From Pseudovirgaria hyperparasitica (lineage: Eukaryota): a DNA stretch of 23,528 bases. The stretch lies in NCBI GenBank assembly GCA_010093815.1, contig ML996595.1, one strand, 5' to 3'. This document shows positions 10,872 to 23,444 of this stretch, piece by piece. The notes below the pieces were generated by a model. It was not told the DNA's origin. It made no database searches and worked only from the letters and a program-made list of their open reading frames with translations. A program made the position numbers and the translations under genes. The first letter of the stretch is position 1, and every line of letters starts with the position of its first letter.

Positions 10872-13800
10872 CGCTTATAATAGACTACTATGTCTAGAAG
10901 TAGCGCGTTCTATAATAGAGCCCGGGCTATAGCGACCTCTCGCACGTTATTAGAACTAGAAAATATTCCGCGATTACTCGAAGCATCTTTAGCGTCTTAT
11001 TATCGGGGCCATCCAAGCGTACTAGAATCTCTACTACCTCCCGGCTTTAGTCTTTAACGCTAAGACTAAGGCGTGTATTACTCGGCTTCTAGACTACATT
11101 ACTACGGAACAGCCATCCGGCGAGAGTAATAGTAGCTCCGACTCTAAACCCGAGACGAGCGTAACCAACGACTATCGTAGAGTAGAAGGTAATCTTAGCG
11201 AGTGGGATCTGGAAACACGTCGGGCAAAACTATACGAGGTGTTTAGTATCTAAACCCGCCCTCTTTCTCGCATCGCCTACCTTTATATATAGCTTATTAT
11301 TGTATTACTACGATAGACGCTATATATATACTCATTCGAGGCCGCACTAGTCCTATTATCCGGCCTACTATATGTAGATCGAAACGGGGGCTTCCTTTCA
11401 CCATAGAACTATACGTCTACTCTATTAGTACTTATTAAGTTCTCCCGCCTTATTATCCTTGAGTGGGCCATCTAGAAAGTCTTCTATAAGTAAGCGGGTA
11501 GTACTATAGATGTCCTCGGATATCTCTCACCATTTATTAACTAGTATCTCCTCCGCGGTAGTCGCGGTATAGTTGGATGGTAGATATAACTTAGAGCTTA
11601 CGGTCTTAAAATCGTGGGTAACACAGCCATAGACGCAAAGATATAGTAGGTTAATGATATACTTACGTATAATGCATATATAATTCTAATGAATGTATTT
11701 AGAGGGATGGTCTCTAGCTTAATAAATCGAATAGCGCGAACATTATACACTAATATTCTTCTACTATCTTCTATAGAGAGAGTACTAGTAATCCTATAGT
11801 AGTCACTTACGGATAATACGGCTGATAACATAATCGGGTATAGCTTCCTTTAGTTAGCGTGCCTCTAGAAGTAGTCCTCATGGTTTAGAAGGCGAGTTAA
11901 AAAGGACTAGAATATATAGTTAGCGTTCTTTACTAGAGGAGAGTTAGATACGTAAAAAGTATAAGACTAGCTTAAATAGATTCGAGTCTTTCTTAGTTAG
12001 CTACTTATCCTTATCTATATAATAGCTAGATAGCCTATACGTGGACTAGAAATCCTAAGTATACGGTACCGTAATACGCGATAGGGTGATATACGTAATA
12101 TTATTCTTTATAGTAATAAGCTTTACATTATAATAAAGTACTATAAAGGGTATACACGTAAAGGAGATATCCGCCTAATTCTTCGATATCTACCGACGGT
12201 CGTATATAATATTCTAATATGGTATCTTTGGTTGGTCATCCTGTGGAAGGAACAACTCGAGAGATTCATAGATCTAACATAGATAGTCGTCCCTACACAT
12301 ATATGGCTATCGCCGTACTAGACTAGCAAGCGTATAAGCCATGCGATAAGGGAATAGATACATCTTGGTATAGGAGTAGTTAATATAGGTATCGCAGACT
12401 ATCGTTAAGTCGCGATTGTAATTATAAAGCGTAAGCTTTAGAAGTACGAGATTAACCATGTAGACGAGGCCGATAAGGATAGTCTATAGGACGAGGACTA
12501 GAATCTGGGTACCCGAGATAATAGTCTAACCGCTATCCTTAATAAGTAAGCTGGTTATAGTATAAAGATTGTCTAGATCGCGTATAGTTATAATATAAGT
12601 AGCCCGTTTAGTGCGGTAAAGATAGTAATAGAGAGGTACTTCTAGGTTAGTCGCGCATGGTAGCACGAGATCGGGGTGCCTATGTTCGATAAGGTTACGC
12701 CTAGCTAGACGCGAATTTTATAAGCACGGGCTTATTATTAGGCTATACTCCGGGAGAAGGACCCGTATAAGGCTATTAAGGTCGTACTCCGTAACGAAAA
12801 CGCTAGAATACGACCCTAATAAGAAAAGGTATTTACCGGGCTAGTCGAAGGCCGTAGTCCGATACTAGTTATATAGCTAACTACCTTAGGTAAAAGTCTA
12901 CCTTTCATATTAGCTACGTTAATGGTACTAGACGGAGTAATACTAGTTATTATCCCGCTAAAGGCCCTTCGAGATAACCTTATCCGCCGTTATCATAATG
13001 GTAGTATTACTATAGAAGTATTCGACCCTACGCACCCCCCTCACGGGACGTCTATTATTATTATTACGCCCGAGTCTATAAAAGGCGAACTGTTTATATA
13101 GTTCATGAACTATATAAACAGCCTAGGACTACTCGACCGTGTGATTGTCGATAAGTACCACTATATTATTATTAACGACTAGTTCCGGCCGGCCTTTCGC
13201 GACATCCAAATAATGGTCGACCTAGAGGTGTAGATTATACTCCTAAGTATAACCCTGCCACCTAATAATGAAGTAGGGCTATGGAAAGCTATACGTGTGA
13301 ACGCTAGAGATATGTTTATCTACCGCAAAGCCATAACTCGGCCTAATATTACGTATGCGCTTGGGAGCCTATCTAAGAAGGCTCGAGGTACCCGTAGTTA
13401 AGCGGAATACGTGCGACGTGTTAGATAGGGCATTACCGGTAGATGTCTCGTCTTTACGCCTATGGTTATATAAGCTATTAGCCTCGTAGGGGAGCTTAGT
13501 TACGATATATACTATCGAGAGAGTATAGCTAAGGAGTAGGTCCTTAACGGATTCATCGCCGAAGAAGAAGGTATTATAGTTACTATAAACGCTCTCGGCC
13601 TAGGTGTTAACCTAGCTGCCATTCGCGTCGTGATACACTTAGGCGCTCCTTCTTTATTCCTAGACTATATATAAGAAAGCGGCCGGGCCGGTCGCGACTA
13701 CCTAACGAGAAGCCTCGCCATCTTCGTAAAGATAGGAGAAGCCACTACTAAGGACGCGATAATACTTACTTATATAAACTAGATAGGGTGTCGTAGGGTG

Positions 13801-14775
13801 TTCCTAGACGAGTATCTCGACGGGTCGTTTAGTAGAAAGAGCTGTGACGGGGTTAAAGAGAAGTGCGATATATGCGATCCTACCCTATCGACATTTCTAC
13901 TATATTTAGAGACCCTCTAGGAGGATCTAGAATTAGCGATTCTAGACCTTCCTAGTAGCTCGCCCGTAGGTTCCTTAAACAGTTAACCCGACCTACTCTA
14001 GACCGATTAACCGTCGCGCTAGCCGCCTTATACGTGGAATAAGATAAAACGAGCACGTGTATATAGTAATAGTATAGGCGAGGTAGGAAGACCAGCGAAA
14101 GGGCGGGTATTAGAACTTTCTAGTGCGCGTCTAGACGAAGATTACGTAGGCGAGGACACTTATAATTAACGAATGTTTATATAACAATAGTCTATGAAAC
14201 TAGTAGCATAAGAACGTCGTCTATAAAATAGATAATATATAAGTCTCGTCTAGTTATTATCCGAGTAGAGATAATGGTGGGCTAGTTATTACGATGTATA
14301 TAGTACTAATAGTAGAGTCTATACTACGCACTACTTAGATAATAGACGACTTATAGACATGGTTAAGCGTATACTAGCCGACTAAATGCGAAAGAGTAAT
14401 GTCATGCCTAAATACGTGTACTACTTCACCTATTACTAGCTATAAATTCTATGTCCGTGGTAGGAGCCTAGACCGGAGGGATAACTAGGGTTCCGTCGGC
14501 TCCCGGGAAATATTAAGTATATATAGAAATTCGGTTTATATCGAGCTCTTAGCGTAATAGTAGTCCACCTATCTAGACGATAGGCTACCCGGTTGGAAGG
14601 GTTTGGAATTTCGAAAACGGGCTAACTACCAATGGTAATAAGAGAAGGTGCATGGGACTCTAGTAAATTAGCCCGTTAGCTATAGCGTAAGCGGCGAGAG
14701 GGGGCGTATGAAATTATGAATGCCATTCTAGAATTTAATTAGGGCACTCCACTAGTTGTAGATGTTAGTCGATAG
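10872..14775 (+). pseudogene. 3' part of the YR-like/RecQ-family helicase gene (telomere-linked-helicase-like)
   Basis: Single frame. YR-like motifs: PIRGLEILSIRYRN (R at 12040), KYYKG (K at 12145), ADYR*VAI (R at 12403), *AG[H]S...IAY (12547-12585). RecQ motifs: GKS (12889), IITPES, VIVD[EC]H (13150), ALGLGV, [Q]ESGRAGRD (13672-13698), and the RQC zinc motif CRR...C...CDIC (13789-13875). The end is approximate. Confidence 0.9.
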
Positions 14776-15073
14776 GGTCGGTGGGATTTATAGTTATTAT
14801 AGTTTAAGTCTAGAAGTATATAAAGTCTATAGAGCATCTTAATACCTATAGGTAACGTCCGTAAGTTAGTGCTCTTAATCCACGTCGCCCTATGTTAAAT
14901 AGAATATAAAGAGGGAGACGTAAAAAGGATTCTCCTAGTAACGTAGTTGCGCATTTAGTATAAGAGTATAAGAACTAGGATCTATAACCTTAACTATAGG
15001 GCACCCTATAAACAGCGATTCCTAGAGTAGAGGCTGGAATTTCTAACAAAACCGATAGGTTAATTTACTTTAC

Positions 15074-15200
15074 TTGTGACACGTTATGACGTAACGTAAG
15101 GAGGTTGTATAATAACACGTGACAAGACCCAAAATATATATTTATATATATTATTTCCGTTAACTCTCTCTATCTCTCCTATATCATTTTACTATTTTCT
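15074..15200 (+). promoter_or_regulatory. Putative promoter of the SNF2 gene
   Basis: Clustered TGACGT/CACGTG motifs, a TA-rich box and a CT-rich tract 70-200 bp upstream of the ATG at 15273. Confidence 0.35.
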
Positions 15201-15272
15201 TACGTAATCTCATTTTTTCGACATATATATATTCAACCCACCGATCGCCGTTTATAGACCCTTCTAGAGATC

Positions 15273-18200
15273 ATGGCTCCTTTTCTTCTAGTTAACATTC
15301 AAGCATAAGAGGAAGAAGATGATAATGATTTTCTCGATCCGTTTTTAGATACAGCTACTAAAGAGATTCGCGGAACCAGAGTAGCGTTATAGAAGAAATA
15401 TACCATCTTATCCGCTCTTGTCGTAGGTAGTAGCTTAATAGGCTATAATTCTAAAGCCATGGAGCGATTTCTTAAGGTCGCTACTATAGAGGAGGAAGTA
15501 GGCGAAGTAGGAAAAGGCGCATCTATCGAGCTAAAGCCGGGAAAAGAGGCTAGACAGGAGCGTAAAAAGGAACCTAGGCTGGAAAAGGACCGTCGCCTTA
15601 GTAAGATTGCCTCTAACCTCGGAATTAGCGTGGTTAAAGCAGCCATTTTATTCTAGGATCCTGAAGTTAACGCCTTACTTAATGAATACTATATAGAGTT
15701 CTTTAACCCGCGGATTCTAGAAGGTTTACATCCGTTTAGCTAGTTTACTTTAGCTATGGAACTTATTAAAGAAGACCGTGCCTATTACCTTATAGTAACA
15801 GCCGCTAGTCGTAGTGAATAGGAAGATTACTAGTAGCACGCGTCTCTTATTCTCCGGATAGATCTTAAGCTATCTTCTAATTGTACGAATCCTCTTTCGC
15901 GAATGCGTATGTTAGAGAACGATAAATATCTTCTATTTAACGATGTACTTAAATACCGACGCCATGCCCGTAACTAAGGGTAAGAATACGAGGATAACTT
16001 TCGTATAAAAATTATCTATACTAACGCGAGGTAGATGTCTATAATGCCTCGGAAAGTTCCTACTAACTAGGTTCCCCCTACTCATCTACTAATTACTCTA
16101 TAGACCCGTCTAGGATCGACGATTATAGGCCCTTCTAAGAAAAAAGCTAGAAGGCGTTTAGATTAATACTAAGCCGCCGATAGTAACTCTACCACTAACC
16201 GGAATAGGGAACTTGGTAAGAATACTAGCGATACTATAGATTAGGACCCGATGGAAGACATCTAAGCGATAGATCCGAACTCGCTCCTTAACGTACCCAT
16301 GCTAGATGTACTAGCTATACTAGATACTACTATAAAAGAAGGACCTATGGCTGCTCTAGTAAAACTAAAACGTTCCTTAAAGCCTATAAAGGTACTAAGG
16401 AAAAAATTGCCCGAGCACCATACTAAGGCGTGGACTAATATATAGAAACGCGGTCTAAATCCATTAGGAGCATTAATAGATACCTATAATAATCTAGAAT
16501 TTATAGTCGAAGACGAGGGTATTAATATAGGCGATCGGCGTACGTTCGCTAGGTTATATCTCGAGAGTCTCCCCTCTAAAGAAGAGCTCTAGACTACGCT
16601 TACGGTAACTTATAAGGATCGTAATGTCGTTAATCCGGATTATCTTAAACTAGGAACATGTCTATACTACTCTTACCTTACTATTAAGAATCTTATAAAG
16701 GGCTTAAGCGGTACTTAAAAGATCTCCGAGATTAAAACTAACGAGATTATTCAAGTAAATAATAATAAGGCGGTAATTACCGCACGCATTAACACGGATC
16801 TTAGTAATATAGTGCTAATTATGGATCAGTTAAAGTCGGGTAGCGAGAAGAGAAGTAAACTATAGGATTGGTTAAATGACTAGAGTAATAACGGCGCCGC
16901 CTAACCATAAGACTATATTATAGCCGTGGTGGGTCTCCGAGTCACTAGTACCTAAAAACCTTAGATTCTTAATATAAATCCTAGCGTTACTCTATATTAG
17001 TAGTAACTTATAGGAGCTTAGTAGCTCCGAAAGAGTATGGATAGTTCGGTTTTACGGGGTGTAGTATTAGTAGATAGTGTCGGACTAGGTAAAACATTTA
17101 TACTTTTAGCGCACTAGCTACATATAAGTTCCTTCCCCTAGTGGCCTCTAGAATCGCCGATTCTAGACGCGCCTATATATATCTAACTAAAATGTAGTTA
17201 ATTAATAAGCGCATCGCTAATTGCGAGAAGGGTATCCTAGTATCTCCTCCGAAGCCCGCCCTACTATTAGTACCCGTAAATCTTCTTACCTAAACCGCCG
17301 AGTAGATTATAGACTTTTCCTTGCTCTTCCGTATTATTACTAGTTACGGCGATAGTAGGGTCGGAAAATCAGCTACTAGTACTACGCGTTTAGTAGGTAT
17401 CTTAATATAGAAGAGTTAGTACTTTAGACCGGAGGAGATTAACGCCCGTACTATTATCTTAATGTTCTACGCAACGTTTAACGCCCGTTATAGCCTTACT
17501 AGGTAGAGGGAGGAAATACGAGGGTACGCGGAGTTCTAGAACATTAAATCTAGAAATTAGGACGCCGTCGCATTGGTAGAAATGAAATATATAGAGAAGT
17601 AGCATTTTCTATATAATGCCCCTTGGAACCTCGCTTAGTACTTTAACTATACGGTAGCTAATGAAGTATACGGCTTCCGGAATGTTAACTCTACGACTAA
17701 CCGGTCTATCTACGAGCTTAATATTAAACACTACATCCTCGTGACTAGTACTCCCGTCTATAACTTCGCTAGTAATATATAGGGTCTTCTTAAAGTTATA
17801 TAATAGAGCGCATCCCTCGACGATTATTTTAACGGTATTTCCGGTATATAGCCGCCATTTAAGGCGAAGTCTAACCTATATAAGTTTCTATCGATAATAG
17901 TAAGACTATATCCGGACGTTTCGCAGGAAAAACTAGATCGCGTCCTAGGTATATGTCTAACTTCTCCGGCCTTTAAGTACTAGTGCCTAGGTTCCGGCCG
18001 TAATAATCCTAAGCCGCCATTAGAGCTGGTGCAAGGCTAGTGCTTAAGTATAATATACGGAGTATTTGTACTTCGCCGCACGAACGACTCATGGTATGGC
18101 GATAATAATGCTACTTTGATCCGTAACTATATTCCGCGGGCCGAAAGGGTATAGATTAAAGTAGCGTATCCACTAGAGGTGTAGGCTAAGTATAATAAGA

Positions 18201-19762
18201 TTAGCGAGGAGACCCGAAAGAAGCTTGTTTAGCCGAATCCTCACCGACCCTCGGAATTAAGCCTGAACTCCCGTATACAGCGGAACTTAGTGCTAATGTC
18301 TACTATTATCTATATTAGGTATTCACACTTTTTCATGCGTAGGGACATAGTAGCGTTAAGGAAAGATAATGAATAGAAGCTAAAATTCCCTCGTCCTGGC
18401 TCTAAGAACGAGAGCCCACGTTAGATATACGCTTTCCTACTAAACATCGCCTAAGCTCGTAATCGAAGCCATCCTAAGGGTGGACTTACTAAGCTAGTTA
18501 ACGAAGTAGAGAACGTGCTAGTAGTACTACTAGGTATTCTATTTAACTAGTCCCCTCGGCTCGCAGCACTCGCTATATAAGCTATAACGTAGTACTTTAA
18601 GTACTAGGAGAAGGGCATCGTATAGGTGTAATATCCTATTGAGCGTGAGTTAGTATATTATATATTACGGCTAATAGGCTTTAAGTACGTCGGACGCGTC
18701 TTTGCTAAAGACGACGCGCTAACTAGATAATAAAAGTATAGACTATTTAACTAGAAGATGGACTCTACCTTTAATAAGACCACGCCTAACGACATTACCG
18801 GTAATAAGGATGACCTACTAGAGGCGCCTAGAATCGCCGATCCTAGTGCGTTCTTAGACGGCGATAATATCTATTAGGACGACATTAATAGAGTTCCCTC
18901 CCGGATCGATTGGTTTATTAATATATGCGGAATTATAGGGGTTGGTTTTAATTTATAGAAGGCGAATAGAAATGTTTATTTCTTTTCTTATCCAGCCAAT
19001 CTCGCTCTCCTACGGTAGCTCTTGGGTCGCATATTTCGACTTAAACAGCCCTTACCAACCCTGCTTTCTAAGTACTATATGCTAAACACATGGGCATCTG
19101 AAATGTCCATGGCCATGACTCGCCGAGCATTGCCTAAGATGTTTACTACTCTATCTAGTCTCGTGGATGGTACCCTCGATACTACTCTCGATATTATCGT
19201 TCCGTCTATCCTTAAGGGCTGGTATCCTATAATTAGAGATGTATACTATAATTTCGGTCTAATTATCTATAAAGACGATCCGGAGTTTAAGAAGCTATGT
19301 AAACCGGAATCCACGGCTGTTCCCGTGCTTAAAGTCATAAAACGCCTCCTAATATTTAACCGTAGTATCGTTATTAACTAAAGCGAGGGGCTAGGTATTA
19401 CCGATCTAACGGAGAGGGCTACTAGTATATTTAATATTATTAGTAACACTATGCGCCGCCCTAATAACCGCCTAGATAAGGACCCTACCAAGCGTAGTAC
19501 CTATGGTTATGGTAAGGACGAGGTAGATAGTAGAGATAGGATCCATTCGCTGCGAGAAGCCAGCGAGAAAATAACATTATTAAGATCTATATTAGAGCCT
19601 ACGATCCGTATAATATAGTTAATCGAAGACTATAAAGACCTCTTCCTAATAGAACACGCTACCGAACGATTCGTTAATAAGGACTAGACCACTTATATAG
19701 TAGAGTAGTTTATAATAGATAAGATACTAATAAACATAGATAGAGATAATAATAAGGCTTAA
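15273..19762 (+). pseudogene. SNF2-family (SF2) ATPase with a long N-terminal extension
   Basis: Motif I VLVDSVGLGKT (17064-17096). Phase-0 intron at 17124-17197. Ia KPALLLVPVNLL; II VANEVY = VA[DEAH] (17660); III TSTP.YN = T[G]TP (17744); LRRT (18071); V GVGFNL (18938); VI [Q]LLGRIFRLKQ (19016-19048). Confidence 0.88.
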
Positions 19763-20453
19763 CTATCTTCTAGGAGGGATTGGAATCGGCGTTTCTAGTC
19801 GCGTCTATGGTTAGTACTTTTCTTTAATAGCGTGTATTTATATTCCACTAGTTATTTCATTATGTTCGTAGCTACTAGTATCTTTCCTTTAATAGTCTAT
19901 ATAAGGATAGTCGTCCTCATGGCTTATTACATCTCCTTACTTTCATAATCGACGCCTAGTTAAATATTATTATAATTTCCAATACTATCTCACACACTCC
20001 GTTAAGCATTCCTATACTCGTTTTCTATACCTTTAAAACGTGGTTCCACTCCGTACTAGAGGCGTCTAGAAACGTCAAGCGCCGACAGCCTTTTACTTCT
20101 AGTAACATCTTAGTATACGTAAGTATAGGCTTCGAACTAGTATTACGTTATTCCGACTTACGCGACGTAAGAGAGGGTTCATTTTATTTACTTAGTATTA
20201 CTTCACTTCACTACTTATCTATATTATGTCCGGTTTATTAACCTCTATTTACTTTTATAATGTTACTATCTAAACGAGACTAGCTTGGTATTCGCACGAA
20301 GGTATATGAATATATACCACCTTATAATTTCCTCTCTCCTATATTAACTTACTTACTCTCGTATACGTTAACAAGTCTTATAATTCGTTCGTTTATCTCA
20401 TTAGCAATCGCAATTCATAGACGCCTCTAAATAGATTATATAGGTTTAACAAA

Positions 20454-23444
20454 ATGGCAGGCGATTAGAGCCTTCCAACCAAGCCAAGCAAAGGAAAAGG
20501 GAAGGCGGTATAATTAGCTCCGCCACCCGTAGAAGATACTAGACCTTCGGAACCGGCTAAAACTTCTAGATCCATACGCCATGCCTAATAGACACTTTAA
20601 GACCTAAACAATCTAGTAGGGAACAATCGTTTCTATCAATCTTATAAAAAACCAATACCGTCACGCATGAATAGCGTAAAGTTCATGGTCAGTAATATTA
20701 TATAGATACTAGAGAAGGACGTCTGTTTAGTGAACGCTACGCAGAGGCAATTAGATGCCAAGCGTTTCGGTAGCATTAACGTAGTTATCCGTAAAGGAGC
20801 CGGTCCGGAACTCGTGACCGCCCTCACAGATTATAAGGTTTTAGAATCCAAGGAAATTCTAGTAACAGAGCCATATAATCTTAATATAAAAATCATTATA
20901 CACGTGGCTATACTAACATGCATAAAGACGAAGTCGGATATAAAAAAACGTCATAACGTCCTAAGAGGTTTATACAAAAGCATCGTCGAAACTACGGTTA
21001 ATTATTAGGACCCGGATATTAGTAGCGTCGCTTAGATTCTTTATCCTATTCTCGGAATATTAAAGTATAGATAGGCTATAGACGCCGGAGCCTATTCTAC
21101 CCTTCTCGGTATACGAATGGCTTTCGAGGACTCTAATAATAATAAAATACCATTCAATATCTTACTCGTCGTGCCATTGGCGGAGGATATACTTAATATT
21201 ACACCTATTATCTAGTGGGTTTCTAATCATACGAATTACTATCATCTACTAACATCCTTTAGTATTATATTCCCGTCGATCGAAACGCGCGCCATTAAGT
21301 TTCTAGGTATATTAAATCCCGGCTTTAGTAATCCTTGGGATCAGCGATTCCAATACCCGCGCATTCGTTATTATATACACTCTATAGTCTTTCCCTATAA
21401 CCGTCTAGGATCGACGATTCTAGACCCCTCTTAAGATATACATATTCCCTATAACCGTCTACGATCGACGATTCCAGGCCCTTCTTAAGATATACATGTT
21501 CTATACTAACCGTCTACCGTAGAACTACCTATCTAATACACACCGATAACACCTCGTGTACATACGGCTCGCGCCACTAGTATTAAGTTAGCTCTATCTT
21601 AGGAAGTTTACACTAACCGTACACGTTTCGTTAAGGATATAATTAGGGATAACGTTATACATAGTCGAGCCGTAGTAGCCCGTCCTCTAGTAACTAATAA
21701 ACCATCCCCCGCGAAGAAGAAGAAGAAGAGTTCTAAGACTAAAAATACCGCCGATCCTATTATAAGTAAGACCGGTAAAACGTCTAAGACCGCACCGCCA
21801 CTTAAGAATAGTATAGTAGTAAAAGAGCCAACTATAGAAACGCTATACCCTACTACGGAACCATCTTCGGTAAAGGAACCCGAAGATAATACTAATGATT
21901 TAGGTTCTACACCTCCGCCTATAGATAGCGAACTTCCTAATAATCCGGATTCCGAACCCGATACCTCTAACTTACTACTACCGCGAACACCGTTAAAATC
22001 CAAAGCCCAGAAAGTAGTTAGAACGCCATCGAAAAGATTAAAGGTAAACCAAACCGATACCGCAAAGCCGACTAGCACTACTCTAGTTATAGCCGCAGCT
22101 ATAAAAAAGGCCAAAGCGCCAAAGCGCAAAAAAAACGATAGTAACTTTATAATCTCTAACGACCCAAAGCTTCCTAGTAGGTGTCTACGACCTTAGGCGA
22201 TAGCTTTCTTCATCAATCGACTAGTAATAGGTAAACCTATTATCTACCGCTCGGTTAGACACTACTACGTCACATAGTTCTAGTTAGCTATAGCAGAGAG
22301 AATTTCGCGTCTCGAGAATTAAGGCAAGCTCTATACTAGATTTACTTTTATCGCGAAGATTATATATATACTAGGTGGCGCTAGAGCGGGCGGCTATAGA
22401 CCCAATACCTACATCGATCTACACTTCCACAGCTCTAAGGAATACTACCGTTTGATTCCACCCTATAAGCGGCTCGAGAGACTTACGTGGAGCCCTAAAA
22501 TTCTCGTAGAGGGTCTTCGTCTTCGGCTCGCCCAGCCCGTATATAAAGAACCTAGATTCGAGACTCCTACTAATTATTAGGAGCGACAACTCGCCGTACT
22601 TCACCAACTTAGGGAGTCGCTCGGTCGTCTAATTTTCTATGATTATTAGTCTAACATTAGCTTTACGTATTAGCTCGCCATATAGTAAGTTCGGGATAAG
22701 CTAAAGTATAACAATCCCAACCTTAACCCGCCTAAGGAAGTCGACGAGAGTAACGAAGAGGATTTATTACGTCGCATAAAGCCGCCAGCCAACACCACCG
22801 AAAAGTCTTCTATAGCCGAAGTAACTATAAGGAAGAAGCGTATAGCGTCGCATAGCGATTTAAGTAAGGCCGTTAAGCGCGTTAAACTTAGTAATAAGAT
22901 ACTAGAGGAGGCACTAGAATCAGCGATTACAGACGCCTCTAAGGTTTTAGATAATATGCCCGACAACACTATACGGATAAACCCCCTAGACCCCCTCGTA
23001 GACTCTAGTACTATTTCTAAGGAACGTGTGGAATCGCCAATTCCAGGACCTTCTACGGACCTTAACCCTCCTCCTGTTTTTCCTTTAATCACGCTAACCA
23101 TACCGACCATTACTACCACGTTATCGTATACATCTCCTAAGGGCACCAATACTATCGCATCGGATAGTAAGGGTGATTCTAGGTCGCGGATCTTAGATCC
23201 ATCTAAACAGCCAACGATCGATACACAGCCTAGCATGCCTAATAGTGGCATTATCATTAACCAAGACCGGCCGCTTACCACCTAGGTATAGTATCTCACT
23301 AATTATGGCCCTTTTAAGGACGAACACGCAGTTTAAGAACTTTACTATGATATAGCGTTCCCTGGATCTAACCTAGATTTCCCGCCGCCCTCATTAGTAG
23401 ATTCGACCGACCCTAATAATATCAACATAGACTTAAGTAGTTAA
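20454..23444 (+). pseudogene. Macrodomain protein (domain at about 20676-21180) with long Lys/Pro/Ser/Thr-rich regions
   Basis: One frame from the ATG at 20454 to the TAA at 23442-23444. Motifs: VKFMV[GD]I...CLVNA...FGSINVVIRKGAGPEL...VTEPYNL..KIIIHVA...LRGLY...YPILG. Possible intron at about 21367-21522. Confidence 0.72.
21391..21498 (+). repeat. Tandem duplication, 2 x 54 bp plus a partial third unit
   Basis: ttccctataaccgtcta(g/c)gatcgacgatt...cttaagatatacat starts at 21391 and 21445; each unit carries one palindrome copy. Confidence 0.92.

Larger units (their letters stand above)
861..23046. repeat. Dispersed 19-bp palindrome family, consensus CT(A/G)GAATCG-N-CGATTC(T/C)AG
   Basis: Copies start at 861, 2647, 13927, 16110, 17148, 18828, 19780, 21335, 21405, 21459, 22914 and 23028. 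Weaker or half copies are near 14600, 15006 and 20066. Confidence 0.85.

Noticed and set aside
21335..21498. CRISPR-like array of palindromic repeats
   Set aside because: The context is eukaryotic, the inter-repeat sequence is duplicated instead of forming unique spacers, and there are no cas genes.
21608..23281. Minus-strand ORFs of 173, 62 and 203 aa
   Set aside because: They are antisense shadows of the low-complexity + strand frame (20454-23444) and show no recognisable motifs.
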